From: a virus
Strand: one strand, 5' to 3'
Length of the DNA stretch: 17,225 nt
Virus genome (UHGV): UHGV-1699724
How positions within the stretch are numbered: position 1 is the first letter of the stretch; the number at the start of each line of letters is the position of its first letter. A model generated the notes under the pieces. The model saw only the letters and a program-made list of their open reading frames with translations. It did not search any database and was not told where the DNA came from. This document shows, in pieces, positions 17,195-17,225 of this stretch. The position numbers were made by a program, and so were the translations under genes.

Positions 17195-17200
17195 ATGCGG

Positions 17201-17225
17201 CTGTCTCTTATACACATCTCCGAGC
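17201..17225. other. Non-biological sequence: Tn5 mosaic end / Nextera adapter at the window edge
   Basis: 17201-17225 reads CTGTCTCTTATACACATCTCCGAGC, which is the 19-nt Tn5 mosaic end followed by the first 6 nt of the Nextera adapter tail (CCGAGCCCACGAGAC). The reverse complement of the mosaic end, GTGTATAAGAGACAG, encodes the familiar 'MYKRQ' artefact start. Confidence 0.9.

Noticed and set aside
16700-17215. Small terminase N-terminal extension MYKRQPH as called in the ORF track
   Set aside because: The GTG start and first seven codons lie inside or against Nextera adapter sequence (17201-17225). The biological start is the ATG at 17194.
1-17225. Search for CRISPR arrays, tRNA genes, integrase/att sites, toxin-antitoxin pairs, reverse transcriptase or defence-system genes
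   Set aside because: None seen. The window is fully occupied by contiguous structural genes on one strand; the only substantial non-coding spans are the hairpin regions at 5346-5405 and 11639-11686.

Overview
The window is one contiguous, minus-strand late operon of a tailed phage or prophage: the virion morphogenesis module of a mosaic myovirus. Reading from high to low coordinates: small and large terminase, a 60-aa two-TM protein, portal, prohead protease, major capsid (HK97-like head), head-tail connector and adaptor, then a Mu-like contractile tail (small gp38-like ORF, sheath, tube, frameshifting chaperone, tape measure, DNA-circularization protein, baseplate hub, spike, gp46-, J- and gp48-like proteins) and the start of the tail fiber gene, which runs off the window at position 1. 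Gene junctions are tightly coupled (ATGA/TAATG overlaps, Shine-Dalgarno motifs), and the combination matches from memory the SfV/e14-type enterobacterial phages. All family assignments are from reading the translations, not from a search. I found no integrase, tRNA, CRISPR array, defence system or obvious cargo gene; all plus-strand ORFs in the track look like antisense artefacts of GC-rich coding DNA. The points worth a second look are a library adapter at the 3' edge that creates a false N-terminus, a programmed -1 frameshift site, a 56-aa gene missing from the ORF track, two small uncharacterised ORFs inside the head module, and two RNA hairpins (one a terminator) inside the operon.
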